From IMG/VR virus record IMGVR_UViG_3300025872_000041, positions 32,001-96,000 of that record: a stretch of DNA of 64,000 nucleotides; one strand, written 5' to 3'. Within the stretch, counting starts at the first letter, position 1. Every line of letters begins with the position of its first letter. Source of the stretch: a virus (lineage: Duplodnaviria; Caudoviricetes). Shown in pieces: positions 19,889 through 31,100 of the stretch. Position numbers and translations under genes: made by a program. The notes under the pieces were generated by a model. It made no database searches and was not told the origin of the DNA. It saw nothing but the letters and a program-made list of their open reading frames with translations.

Positions 19889-19958
19889 TAAGTACTAAGA
19901 GGGTTTGTTGGTTTACCCCTCTGATTAGACCCCGGTGTAAAAAGCCGGGGTTTATTTT
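19889..19958 (+). ncRNA. Candidate small RNA: hairpin with a U/G-rich loop followed by a terminator
   Basis: Follows TATATT-N5-TGTA (19874-19888). Stem AGAGGG/CCCTCT (19898-19922) encloses TTTGTTGGTTT, then stem ACCCCGG/CCGGGGT with a T tract. No ORF is present. Confidence 0.45.
19929..19958 (+). terminator. Intrinsic terminator
   Basis: ACCCCGG-TGTAAAAAG-CCGGGGT followed by TTATTTT. Confidence 0.85.
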
Positions 19959-19966
19959 ATAATAAC

Positions 19967-19995
19967 TTGATTATAAACTATTTTTACTACATTTG
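19967..19995 (+). promoter_or_regulatory. Bacteroidota primary-sigma promoter candidate (TTG-N18-TACATTTG)
   Basis: TAnnTTTG lies 16 nt upstream of the ATG at 20012, directly after a terminator. Confidence 0.6.
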
Positions 19996-20011
19996 ATAAA
20001 ACAATTACCGC

Positions 20012-21220
20012 ATGTATTCACAAGAATTAAAAGATAAGGTAGCTAAAAGTAAAGAATGGAAGCTATCTAATATTGAGTGTGCAAGAAGAATTGGTATTAC
20101 TTTAGATGAATATTTAAAGATTAAAAAGTCTCTAGGATTTAAATCTAAAAAATTAAAATACAATTCAGAACATAATGTAGAAAGAATTAATTCGGAGTCT
20201 TATGATTTAGAAAAAGGCACAGGTAAGATAGAGAAATTAGTATCAGTTAATCCTAAAACCCCTGAAGAGATTATAGAGATCTTGGGTATAGATACTACAG
20301 AGTGGAAGTTATCTCAATATTGGAATAAGGAGAGAAGTGATAAATGGTTAGTATCAGCTTTAGTAACTAAAGTAGTAAAGACTAAAGAAGATTATCTAAA
20401 AGACATCATAGAAAACTTTAAACCGGATTATAAACCAGTAGTAGTAAAGAAGCAAAAGAGACACCGATATGTAAGCTGTGTACTATCTATGCAAGATATG
20501 CATATTGGTAAGGATGGTAATGATGATATCATAGAACAGTACTTTGCTTCACTAGAACAACTTACAGAGAGTGTATCTAATAATTACTTTATAGATGATC
20601 TAGTGTATGTTGTAGGTGGTGATATATTAAACATGGATACGTTTAATGGTACTACTACATCAGGTACTCCGGTAGAGAACTCTGATAAAGCCTACAAAGT
20701 ATATGCTGAAGCTTTTGATGCCCTATACCGGGGCATTCGTTTTTTAAAGGAGAGGTGTGAGACATTACATATAATGTTTATACCCGGTAATCATGATAGA
20801 CTATCATCTTATCATCTAGTACATGCTCTCTCTAAAGCTGTACAAGAGGATGGTATAGTATGGCATGCTGATTATGCAGAGAGAAAAGTACTTACGTTTA
20901 ACAATAACTTCTTTGCATTTGAGCACGGAGATGTAAATACTAAGAACTCATTACTAGTTTATGCTACTGAATTTTCAGAGCCCTGGGGTAATACTAAATT
21001 TAGAACTCTATATACTGGACATTATCATAAGAAGAAAACTGTAGAGTATATTACAGAGGATGAAATAACTGGTTTCTCTATTAAGATTATTCCTAGTCTA
21101 TCTAAAACAGACTACTGGCACTACCATAATAAGTTTATTGGTAGTAAGAGAGCTGCCCTTATTGAGGTTCATGACTATGACAATGGTAAGATTGGAGAGT
21201 TTGTTTATAACTGTATTTAA
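20012..21220 (+). CDS. Calcineurin-like metallophosphoesterase with an N-terminal HTH-like segment
   Basis: All five motifs are present: DMH, GGD, GNHD, HGD and GHYH. N-terminal SNIECARRIGIT looks like an HTH. Confidence 0.88.
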   Translation: MYSQELKDKVAKSKEWKLSNIECARRIGITLDEYLKIKKSLGFKSKKLKYNSEHNVERINSESYDLEKGTGKIEKLVSVNPKTPEEIIEILGIDTTEWKLSQYWNKERSDKWLVSALVTKVVKTKEDYLKDIIENFKPDYKPVVVKKQKRHRYVSCVLSMQDMHIGKDGNDDIIEQYFASLEQLTESVSNNYFIDDLVYVVGGDILNMDTFNGTTTSGTPVENSDKAYKVYAEAFDALYRGIRFLKERCETLHIMFIPGNHDRLSSYHLVHALSKAVQEDGIVWHADYAERKVLTFNNNFFAFEHGDVNTKNSLLVYATEFSEPWGNTKFRTLYTGHYHKKKTVEYITEDEITGFSIKIIPSLSKTDYWHYHNKFIGSKRAALIEVHDYDNGKIGEFVYNCI

Positions 21221-21259
21221 TCTGGATTAAATTTTGTATCTTATTAATGTAGTCAAGGT

Positions 21260-21841
21260 ATGAGAGGATATAAAGCACCTGATTTACATGCCTCAAGGCT
21301 GAGAATAAAACCTAAGAGAATCTTAACAAAAGATTTTTTAGCAGAGTTCAAGGAGAGGCATCCTGAGTTTTCTACATTAGATGACAAAACTATCAAGAAG
21401 ATAGTGATGAAGTTTAATGAAAATATTTGGAAAGAGGTAATTGCGTATAGAGATGGAGTTGAGTTACCAGAAAGTCTGGGATACCTGTTCATAGGTACCT
21501 GTACATTTAACCGTGACACTAATGTAAATTATGGTCTATCAGTTAAATACGGTAAAGAAATAAAGAACAGGAATCTAGAGTCAGATTCTAAGTTAGCTAA
21601 GATTTTCTATACAAACTATCAGACCAAATATAAGTTTGCAAACCGTGAGTTATGGGGTTTTCAAGCAGTTAGACAATTCAAGAGATCTGTAGCTAAAGAG
21701 TATCCTGTGTCTTGGCAAAAATATATTGTTGTAGATTCATATAAGAAAGTGTCAGAGATGTTTTCAAAAGCTCTTAGAAAGCAAAGAGTTAAGAAAGAAG
21801 ATAAGGATATACTTAGCTCATATGATGAATTTGAATTTTAA
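21260..21841 (+). CDS. IHF/HU-like DNA-binding protein (crAss-like)
   Basis: Basic protein with helix-helix then DGVELPESLGYLFI (compare HU 'V.L.GFG.F'); sits just ahead of the ring and muzzle genes as in crAss-like phages. Confidence 0.55.
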   Translation: MRGYKAPDLHASRLRIKPKRILTKDFLAEFKERHPEFSTLDDKTIKKIVMKFNENIWKEVIAYRDGVELPESLGYLFIGTCTFNRDTNVNYGLSVKYGKEIKNRNLESDSKLAKIFYTNYQTKYKFANRELWGFQAVRQFKRSVAKEYPVSWQKYIVVDSYKKVSEMFSKALRKQRVKKEDKDILSSYDEFEF

Positions 21842-21846
21842 TAAAA

Positions 21847-22512
21847 ATGGTAACTATTGGAACCGTAGTCTCAAGGGTAAAAAATCAAGTTAAGAGTGTA
21901 AGACAAGATGCATTTCTTACTAATAGGTATGTTTATAATGTTATAATTAAATATGCCCAAGTTCTGATGAGGAGACAAGACTCTCAGAATAAACTATCTA
22001 AATTTAATTCTATTTGGCAAACTTTACCATGTTTAGAGTTAATTGAAATAGATAAGGTTGAAGCATGCTGCGCTGGTATAAAATCTGGGCGCACTATAAT
22101 GCGTACAAAAGATAAACTTCCCACATTCATGGAAGGTTACTGGGGTCCTTTAATTAGATCTGTAACGTCTATAGATGGTAGTCAGGAATTAAATCCTACT
22201 ACACCTGGTGTTTATACCTCTATGACTAAGACTACAGGTTTTAAATATAACAACACTAAGTACTACTGGTTTTTAAACGGTTATTTATATATGCCGAATA
22301 TTAGCTGGGAAGCTTTAAAGATAGAAGGTATTTTTATTCAAGATGTATCTCAGTATACAGATGAAGATACTTGTATTAAAAGAATGGATCATAAGATTAA
22401 TGTTCCTGAATTTTTATTAGCTGAAGCAGAAAAAATGGCTATCCAAGATTTTATTGGAAGATTACAGATTCCTTCAGATTTATCAGATGACAATATTAAC
22501 TTAAACAGATAA
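21847..22512 (+). CDS. Putative tail ring/adaptor protein
   Basis: Size and synteny; N-terminal helices and YYWFLNGYLY beta motif. Confidence 0.5.
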   Translation: MVTIGTVVSRVKNQVKSVRQDAFLTNRYVYNVIIKYAQVLMRRQDSQNKLSKFNSIWQTLPCLELIEIDKVEACCAGIKSGRTIMRTKDKLPTFMEGYWGPLIRSVTSIDGSQELNPTTPGVYTSMTKTTGFKYNNTKYYWFLNGYLYMPNISWEALKIEGIFIQDVSQYTDEDTCIKRMDHKINVPEFLLAEAEKMAIQDFIGRLQIPSDLSDDNINLNR

Positions 22513-22516
22513 GGCA

Positions 22517-23371
22517 ATGCTTACAGAATTAAAATATAAAACCTTTGATGAATTACTTGAAGATGTAAGCGTTGATTTCTCAATGTATTCTTTAGAGGGT
22601 ATGATTGAGCCTCAACAACTTATTAAAGTTGTTCAGAGAATAAATTATGATTTAGGTTTAAGAATATTTAAAACTAAAGAAGAGGTTCTAGACATTGAGA
22701 ATAATCTGGTAAAACTACCAGATGATTTCTATGTAATGAACTATGCTTTACTTTGTGGTCAATACAAAGTTGAACAGCCGGCCATGAGTGGTACTCACGT
22801 TGAGGAAGTTATAATTGACCCGGCAACTGTTACTACTCCATGTGGGGATACTTGTATTACTGATTGTGGTGATCATATGCGTCTTGTACAAAAATTACAG
22901 TATGAGACACGAATATACGATATAAATACACCAATTACATTAACTGGTAACTCTAAAAGTATTTCTTGTGATTGTCCTAATACCTCTTATAAATCACCAT
23001 ACGTTGGTAAACTTAAAGATGGTTTTATATACATGAACTTAGAGACTGGAAAACTATATGTTAACTATCAAGGAGCTTTAGAAGATGAGGATGGTAACTT
23101 ATTAATCTTAGATCACCCAATGATTAATGAGTACTATGAGTATGGTTTAAAGCAAAGAATACTTGAGAATCTTTATATGAATGGAGAGGACGTAATGCAA
23201 AAGTTAAATCTTATTGAACAAAGATTCAGAGGAGCTCGTAACAATGCATTGTCTATTGTAAATACTCCTAACTTTAAAGAGTTATCTAAATTGCATGATA
23301 TGAATAGACGTGCTATGTATGGCAAGTACTACGATCAATTTAAAAGTTACAACTATAATAGTTCTAGATAA
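22517..23371 (+). CDS. Putative tail tubular/ring protein (P22 gp4-like as annotated in crAss-like phages)
   Basis: LDIENNLVKLPDDF and GKLYVNYQG..EDEDGNLLILDHP motifs; immediately precedes the muzzle-sized gene. Confidence 0.6.
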   Translation: MLTELKYKTFDELLEDVSVDFSMYSLEGMIEPQQLIKVVQRINYDLGLRIFKTKEEVLDIENNLVKLPDDFYVMNYALLCGQYKVEQPAMSGTHVEEVIIDPATVTTPCGDTCITDCGDHMRLVQKLQYETRIYDINTPITLTGNSKSISCDCPNTSYKSPYVGKLKDGFIYMNLETGKLYVNYQGALEDEDGNLLILDHPMINEYYEYGLKQRILENLYMNGEDVMQKLNLIEQRFRGARNNALSIVNTPNFKELSKLHDMNRRAMYGKYYDQFKSYNYNSSR

Positions 23372-26300
23372 TGGATGGTAAAACCAGTTTAATTCACACC
23401 GAGCTATATAACAAAGGCTTACTAAAAGATGTAAGTGATGCTTATATTGGTGAGGGATATTGGACACATGCTAGAAATGCTGTAAACAATTCTCCTTCTG
23501 GAGATGTTGGAGTATTAGGTAATGAGCCTAGTAATATAGCTTGTGTAGAAGTACCGTATACTATTATAGGTACTATTTATATAAGTAATGGTAAGTGGGC
23601 TATTTATTCAACCAATGATTTTTCTTCAGAGATTGGTTTGTTTGATGAGAATGGTTGTACATACAATACAATTCATAATGATCCTTTAAACCAGTGTTTT
23701 AAGTTTAATAAGGTTTACCCAATTATTGGGGTATCTAAATATACCTCTGATTGTACTTGGAATCTTTATTGGGATGATGGTAATAATCCATCAAGAACAA
23801 TGAATATTGGTAAGGAGGAAGCTTGGCCTTATAGTCCTTTAAACTGGGAAGGTGTTCCGTATCTTATGAATGACTTAGATCCGGGACCATGTAAAGATGA
23901 AGTATCTAGTGGTGTATTGGATTGTGATAAACTTAGATTAGCAGCGTATGCTAAAACTCCTTGTATTCAAGTAAAGAAGGGTGTTGGTCTAGGTACATTA
24001 CTTAACGGATCATATCAAGCTACAATTGCATATTCTGTAAATGGTATTAAGGTTACAGATTACTTAGCTATTTCTAACGTTCAAGCATTATGGACTCATG
24101 ATAATGTTAATGGTTCTTTAGATATTATCATTAGTGATATAGATACAGACTATGATGAATTTGAATTAGTCTTAATAGGTTTTGTTAATCAACAAGCTGT
24201 AGCAAGAAAGATTGGTTATTATTCTACTCAAACAACTACTATATCTTTAGATGCTGTTGATCCAACATTAGCAACAGTTCCTTTAGAACAAATACCTTTA
24301 CGTACCCCAGCATATGAGAAATCAGCGGGTATGTATAATGTAAATGATTATTTAATTAGAGTTGGTCCTACTACATATGAAGACTTTAATTATCAACCTC
24401 TAGCTAATAATATTACAGCAAAGTGGGTGGGTGTAGAATACCCAGCTGATTATTATTATAAAGGCGGAAATAAACCAACATTTTTAAGAGATGAAGTATA
24501 TAGTTTCTTTATACGATGGATTTATGATACCGGTGATAAATCATCTAGCTATCATATTCCAGGACGTGCTCCAAAGCCCGGAGAACTTAATAATAATTCT
24601 AGCCCTGATCACATTATAGATTTTGGTCAAGAGCAAGAATGGCAAGTAAATAATACAGCTACAATTCTACCTGCTTCTGGAACAACAGATGATGGTGGTC
24701 TTATTAAGTATTCTGGTGAGCTAGCTTATTGGGAATCTACTGAGAAGTATCCTGATAATAAACCAGAGATCTGGGGAGATCTTTGTGCTGAAAACATTAG
24801 ACATCATAAGATGCCTGATGATATTGTAATACCTAATTATAATCCTACTACTAATAGTATTATTATTTTAGGTGTTGAGTTTTCTAATATAGAATTTCCT
24901 GTAGATCAAAACAATCAATACATTACTAGTATTATAGGTTATGAGATTTTAAGGGGTACTAGAGAGGGTAACCGTACTATTATTGCTAAGGGTCTTATTA
25001 ATAACATGCGGGAGTATGATATACCCGATAAGATTGCAGGTGATAAAGTTACAACTGGTTTATATGTAAACTATCCTTATAACTTCTTAGACCATGATCC
25101 ATTCTTAGGTAGAGATAAAGCTACTTTAGATAGACCCGGTAATAGAAGTGTACAAACTAAGGGTGGAGCATTTAGAGATAAAGATAAATATGATAGCACT
25201 GGATTAAGTAATGTAGATGTTACATTATTTGATGGTGTTAAAAGAGATATCTTTTCTTTTCATTCACCTGAGACAACATTTAGAAATCCTTTCTTATCTG
25301 CCACAGAATTAAAAGTTTATGGTGAAGTATATGGTAATGTAATTGGTAGATTTATTCCGGTTGAGAATCATCCTAAAGATAAATTTATAACAGATACAGC
25401 TGTGATACTTTCTTCATTAGCTGGTGTTGCTATTGGTGTGACTGCAGCTAATGCTGCTAATGGAAATGCTTTGGATCAAGGTAAAGCTGCTATTATGACA
25501 GTTGCTTTAGGTAGTATTATAGGAACACCAGTAGCAGGTGCTTCAGGCGCAGTAGTAGGAGCATTTGCTGGCGCAGCTGCTTATGCAATAGGTCGAGCAT
25601 TTTTACTATCTTATTATTGGTTAGAATCAACAAGAAACATAGTTGAAATTATAGAATCTATTGGTAAAAAAAGACAGTTTGCTTATCAGTATGTATCACA
25701 TGGTTTTTATAATAATCTTATAAAAGCTGCTGTTGGTAGCAGAAGAAGGGGTATTAAAAACTCTTTATATCTTGATCCTGTTGTTCAGGAATATGATAAC
25801 ATATATAGAATTAATAATCTTTATAGAGCAAACACTGTTGTTTTAACTACTGAAAGAACAATTAATGATCCAATAACTAAAGACAATACATTATTTACTA
25901 TTGGTCATATTGCACGCTCACAAAATGGCAGACCCGATTTAAGTGTTTATGGTGTTGATGATAAAGGTAATCCTTTTAATGCTAAAGATATCTGGAAAGA
26001 ACCAGAGGCATATACTCAAACATCTGTTACCTCTGCTCATTATGCTGCTTTAAAAATTAAGAATGATAATCTGTATGGTCAACTAGATGGTATTAGACAA
26101 ATACCTGTAGGGTGTATAAACCTTTGGACTATTAATAAAGCTCTTAAAGCTACCTCTGGTTTAGTGTTTGGTGGAGATATGTATGTAAACCGCTACACTG
26201 AAAAATCTACATTCTTCTATTTTACACAGTGGATGCAGAATTTACCAGATAGCACAGAGTGGGATTATAGATTATACAACATGCTTCCTTATCCAAGATA

Positions 26301-28110
26301 TTGGATGAATACTGGAAAGTATAATGTTGGTGATTTATTAGATATTGTTTTTGAGCCAACTAGTGATAGCATTCTACCTAATGATTATCATCATTTAGAT
26401 AGAAGAATGACTTCTGGATTTTTGATGGTTAGGTTTGCTTATATGTATTTGTTTAATTCTGGCGTTAGAGATTTCTATGTAGAGTCAGAAATTAACTTAG
26501 CATATAGAGATTATGATGATAATCCTGGTAAGAGACACTACGATTTTAGAACATATAGTAACTATGAGCAGTTGTTTAGTGCTCCATACATTAAAGATAC
26601 AAACTACTATAAGTATGATTACTCTTTAAGTATTAGTAAACATGTATCAAACTTTGTTTCATGGGGTAATCTTCAACCAAGAATATATGATCCTAATAAT
26701 GTAAGTTGCTTTACCTCTTATGAGACAAGAGTTATTTATTCTTTACAACAACAGTATGAATTAAGAAAAGATAACTGGAGACAGTTCTTAGCAAATAACT
26801 ATTACGACTTTAATTCTAAGGTTGTAACTATGAGAAACTTTGGTAAAACTGGTGCAGTTATTATGTTCAATGATAGCTCTCCTATTTTATTTCAAGGTGC
26901 AGAAACTTTAGATCTTAATGGTGGAACTAAATTAACTATTGGTGATGGTCAGTTATTTAATGGTCAACCATTACAAAATGTAATAAATGTAGATCCTGAG
27001 TTTGAATATGGTAGTTGTCAGAATAGATTATCTGTAATCAATACTCCAGCAGGTTTATTCTATGCAAGCCAAAACCAAGGAAAGGTATTTTCTTTTGGTC
27101 AAGGAATACAAGACATTTCTAAGTCTGGTATGAAGTGGTGGTTTTCACAATACAGTCCTTATGCTGTTCTTGAAGATTTTCCTGATCTAGATCCTATAGT
27201 ATTAGATAATACAATTATTGGGGTTGGATTACAAACTACTTATGATAACATAAATGAGATTCTTTATTTCTGTAAGAAAGACTATAAATTAAAACCTGAG
27301 TTTAAAGGTAAATTTAAAGCCGGAGCACAGAACAAACTCATATCTACAGAGTATGCAGGATTAATAATTAATTTAGGTGATCCTACATATTTTGATGATG
27401 TATCATGGACTGTTAGTTATGATCCTAAAGCAAAAGCATTTATATCTTTTCATGACTGGCATCCAGATTTAGTAATGGCTAGTAAGACATACTATATGAC
27501 AGTTAAGAATAATACTATTTGGAAACATAACTTAGTATGTAACTCTTTCTGTAATTACTATGGTGTTGATTATCCATTTGAGATTGAGTATGTACAGAAC
27601 CAAGGTCAAACCGTTACAACAACTAGATCAGTAGAGTATATTCTAGAATGTTATAAGTATTCTCCTAACTGTTTAGATTATCATCACTTATTAGATGAAA
27701 ATTTTGATCGGGCTATTGTATATAATACAGAACAAATTTCTGGGGACTTAGTATTAAACTTATCTCCTAAGAATAATCCTTATTTAATTAATAACTATCC
27801 TTTAGTAAATGCTAGTAATATTGATATCTTATTTTCTAAAGAAGAACAGAAATATAGATTTAATCAATTCTGGGATATTACTAATGACCGTGGTGAATTT
27901 ACTGGAACTTTTGTACCCATGTGGACTACTGAACCTAACGGTTATATTAGGAATATTAATGCAACTTACGTAAATTATAATAAGGGAGCTACACAAAGAA
28001 AGAAGTTTAGGCATTATATTAATAAGGTTGTATTAAAGAAGCTTATTTCCGGGTCATCTAAATTCTTATTAAAACTCTCCAACAATAAACTACTTGCATC
28101 ATTTAGATAA
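23371..28110 (+). CDS. Tail stabilisation/muzzle protein (P22 gp10-like, crAss-type)
   Basis: 1579 aa, beta-rich; N-terminal KGLLKD...HARNAV...LGNEPSN, FLRDEVYSFFI, GGDMYVNRY and WTVSYDP...ISFHDWHP; synteny with ring and cargo genes. Confidence 0.75.
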   Translation: MDGKTSLIHTELYNKGLLKDVSDAYIGEGYWTHARNAVNNSPSGDVGVLGNEPSNIACVEVPYTIIGTIYISNGKWAIYSTNDFSSEIGLFDENGCTYNTIHNDPLNQCFKFNKVYPIIGVSKYTSDCTWNLYWDDGNNPSRTMNIGKEEAWPYSPLNWEGVPYLMNDLDPGPCKDEVSSGVLDCDKLRLAAYAKTPCIQVKKGVGLGTLLNGSYQATIAYSVNGIKVTDYLAISNVQALWTHDNVNGSLDIIISDIDTDYDEFELVLIGFVNQQAVARKIGYYSTQTTTISLDAVDPTLATVPLEQIPLRTPAYEKSAGMYNVNDYLIRVGPTTYEDFNYQPLANNITAKWVGVEYPADYYYKGGNKPTFLRDEVYSFFIRWIYDTGDKSSSYHIPGRAPKPGELNNNSSPDHIIDFGQEQEWQVNNTATILPASGTTDDGGLIKYSGELAYWESTEKYPDNKPEIWGDLCAENIRHHKMPDDIVIPNYNPTTNSIIILGVEFSNIEFPVDQNNQYITSIIGYEILRGTREGNRTIIAKGLINNMREYDIPDKIAGDKVTTGLYVNYPYNFLDHDPFLGRDKATLDRPGNRSVQTKGGAFRDKDKYDSTGLSNVDVTLFDGVKRDIFSFHSPETTFRNPFLSATELKVYGEVYGNVIGRFIPVENHPKDKFITDTAVILSSLAGVAIGVTAANAANGNALDQGKAAIMTVALGSIIGTPVAGASGAVVGAFAGAAAYAIGRAFLLSYYWLESTRNIVEIIESIGKKRQFAYQYVSHGFYNNLIKAAVGSRRRGIKNSLYLDPVVQEYDNIYRINNLYRANTVVLTTERTINDPITKDNTLFTIGHIARSQNGRPDLSVYGVDDKGNPFNAKDIWKEPEAYTQTSVTSAHYAALKIKNDNLYGQLDGIRQIPVGCINLWTINKALKATSGLVFGGDMYVNRYTEKSTFFYFTQWMQNLPDSTEWDYRLYNMLPYPRYWMNTGKYNVGDLLDIVFEPTSDSILPNDYHHLDRRMTSGFLMVRFAYMYLFNSGVRDFYVESEINLAYRDYDDNPGKRHYDFRTYSNYEQLFSAPYIKDTNYYKYDYSLSISKHVSNFVSWGNLQPRIYDPNNVSCFTSYETRVIYSLQQQYELRKDNWRQFLANNYYDFNSKVVTMRNFGKTGAVIMFNDSSPILFQGAETLDLNGGTKLTIGDGQLFNGQPLQNVINVDPEFEYGSCQNRLSVINTPAGLFYASQNQGKVFSFGQGIQDISKSGMKWWFSQYSPYAVLEDFPDLDPIVLDNTIIGVGLQTTYDNINEILYFCKKDYKLKPEFKGKFKAGAQNKLISTEYAGLIINLGDPTYFDDVSWTVSYDPKAKAFISFHDWHPDLVMASKTYYMTVKNNTIWKHNLVCNSFCNYYGVDYPFEIEYVQNQGQTVTTTRSVEYILECYKYSPNCLDYHHLLDENFDRAIVYNTEQISGDLVLNLSPKNNPYLINNYPLVNASNIDILFSKEEQKYRFNQFWDITNDRGEFTGTFVPMWTTEPNGYIRNINATYVNYNKGATQRKKFRHYINKVVLKKLISGSSKFLLKLSNNKLLASFR

Positions 28111-31100
28111 TGGCAAAGAAAAAACCTATAGTATCTCCTTTAGGTCAGTGGGCTTATCCCGGTGAAGTTACAATCATACCCTCTTCTAACATAACAATGA
28201 AGGGGGTTAATTATCCTGTATTAGGTGTAGATGATTTAGGTAACAGCCAGATGATGATGCCAGGTCAAGATTATAATTTTGCTGGACAATATGTAACTGA
28301 GTATCCTCAGATGCAGTTTGGTGGTATGTCTAAAAGAAAGATAGACAAAATTCTTAATCAGAACAAAGATTTAAACTTTGTTCAAAGAATGTATCAATCT
28401 AATACACCAAGTATAATTATACCCGGTCAGAAATATCCTTCTACACATTTTATGGAAAGCTCTGATGGTCGTGTATATCCTACAGTTGTACAAATGCCTG
28501 ATGGTAGTTTACAATACTTAGGAGATAATGCATATGATTATGCAAATCAGACCGGTCAGTATATTGAGTTTCCTAATGATAGGCAAGCTAGAAGATTTGC
28601 TAAGAGTTATAAAAAAGGAACCGGGGTATTACAAGAGTTTGGTAAAGGTGGTTTAAGACAGTGGTTTGCTGAAGAGTGGACCGATGTTAAGACCGGTAAA
28701 CCTTGTGGTAGGTCAGGTGATGAGAAAGGTTCTAGACCTTATCCTGCATGCAGACCTAAGAAGCGGGTAAATGAAACAACCCCCAAGACTACATCAGAGA
28801 TGTCATCTGCAGAGAAGGCTAAGTTTAAAAGAGAGAAAACATCTGGTAAGCGTATAGACTATAATCATAAGCGTAGACAAGATGGTGGTGAAACAGGATG
28901 GTTAGATGAATATCAAACTGGTGGTAGTGAACAGAATCCTGAAAGAATGCAGGGTATTGATATCAAGCGTAAAAAGAAAAATGTAAGCGATAGTCCTAGA
29001 TATCAGTATGATGATAAAGGTAATTTATTATATACTCCAGAATTAAGTATATGGCCATACGCATCAGATGGTAGTTCAAGAGATGAATTTTTAGTAAATC
29101 CTAAATTATCTGTTCAGAATTTAAATCCGACTTTAGAAGAATTTATAAATGTTGCTTCTCCATATTATCCGATAGATAATAAGTTAGTAACGGATCCAAA
29201 AATTAATTTACAATCCTCTAATTATCAAAGATCTCTAGAACAAGAATATGTTTTACCACAGATAGTTGGTAAGTCATTTGGTAATTTACCTATAGTTAAA
29301 GATGATGGATATTCTCCAAATAGAAGATGGGTCTCTAATTTAAGAGCTAAAGATACTGGTGCAAAATTTGGTAAAGATTCTTATGCCTATGTTTTAAAAA
29401 CTAATCCAAATAATTTAGTAGATTATTCTACAAAAAAGGCTATTGAAGCTGCAGTATCTTCAAATGATGAAGATTTTTATGATTATTTAGCAAAAAATAA
29501 TTATTCACCTAATATGGTGCAGCAACTTGAAAAAAACCGTCCTGATCAAATCTGGAATCGTGCGGAACAAATGCGGGTTGAAATGCGTAATAATCCAGAA
29601 ATAATGTCTTGGGCTAATCTGCATAATGTGGATTTGGGATATAAAGAAAAAGGAAAAGGTGATGATTCTTTTGCTTCTAAAATTCCGGAATCTATTTATG
29701 CAAATAGATTAGTAAGAGCAGGATTACCTACAAATAGACCTGACTATGAATATAAACCGATGGAAACTTATATAGTACAAGATCCTTCTAAGTTTGATCT
29801 TGCTGGTTATTTTCCAATGGGTTCTATAGTAAAAGATGCTGAGCAAAAAGTACTTAATAAAAAAATACCAGGAAAATTAAAAAGAGAATATATCTATAGT
29901 AATAGTCCAGAATATTTTGAAAAAGAAGCTTATATAAAAGATGAGATGGCAAGAAGAATGGGTATTAATCCAAGTGCTTTTGATTCTGGAGAGTATCTTA
30001 TTCACTATAATCAATCACCTATAACAGAATATACACCAGGTAAGAAATATGGTGGATGGTTAGAAGAGTATCAACGTGGTGGAACATTACCTCCTATATA
30101 TACATCTAATCCAAGAAAAGTACAATTTTATCAGGATAGTTTAAATTTATATAATAAATATCAACCATCCTTTGATAAATATAAAAACTGGACTAGACTA
30201 AATAATATACAAACTGCTTCTTTACAAGGTAATGATTTATTTAATCAGCATTGGGGTCCTTTTAAACCTAAAGGTCCTTCTCCTTATAATGAGCATATAG
30301 TAATAAAACCTGTAGAAGAAATGATGCATCATTATCTAAGACCTCGTGGGGGTCCAGGTAATTTTACTCATCTTACTGAAAGACCAGGAAATAATTATTT
30401 AGAAACTAAACTATCTGATTATCTTACACCTAATTCAAGAGAAACTCGTCTTTGGCATGCAGTTGATAATAATGGTAGGTACTTACCACTGGGTGTTGGT
30501 ATAACTCCTTCTCAAAAAAGAAGTAATGATGCTAGAAGAAGTAGAACGTGGCCTGTTAGTGTAACTAAAAAAGATTTTCTAGATTTAGGATTAACTGGTG
30601 TTACTCCAGATTTAAATTCTGTTTTTAGATTTAAAAAACCAGTACAACCTTATATTTTAACAAATCCAGAAATTACTCCTAAAGTAGTAGAACCAGTTTC
30701 AGTAGTAGAACCACCTAAGCCTTCTTTATTTGTATCTAATATAGATAGGGACATGTATACTCCCGGTGGAGGAATGGCTAGAGAATATAACATTGGTGTT
30801 ACATTACAAGATGGCAACCGGAAATCATTCAGAACTGAAAAAGAATTTCAGGATTGGAAGGCTGCAAATAACTTAGATATTAGTAAAGCTAAAGTAACTG
30901 AAGGTAGAGGTTATAGTTATGACTATCCAGAAAATAAGAAGTATGGTGGATGGTTGAATAAATATCAAACAGGTGGTTGGGCTGGTTGGACACCTAATGT
31001 AGGTAAGCCATATATGAGAACTAGTCCTGCAGGTAATGCCGGCTACACTGATAATACTAGAGTAGTTAATCAGAATACAAATGTTAGTGCAGAGAATAGA

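Noticed and set aside
19850-20011. tRNA or a known riboswitch in the GC-rich intergenic hairpins
   Set aside because: No cloverleaf, T-loop or recognisable aptamer consensus.
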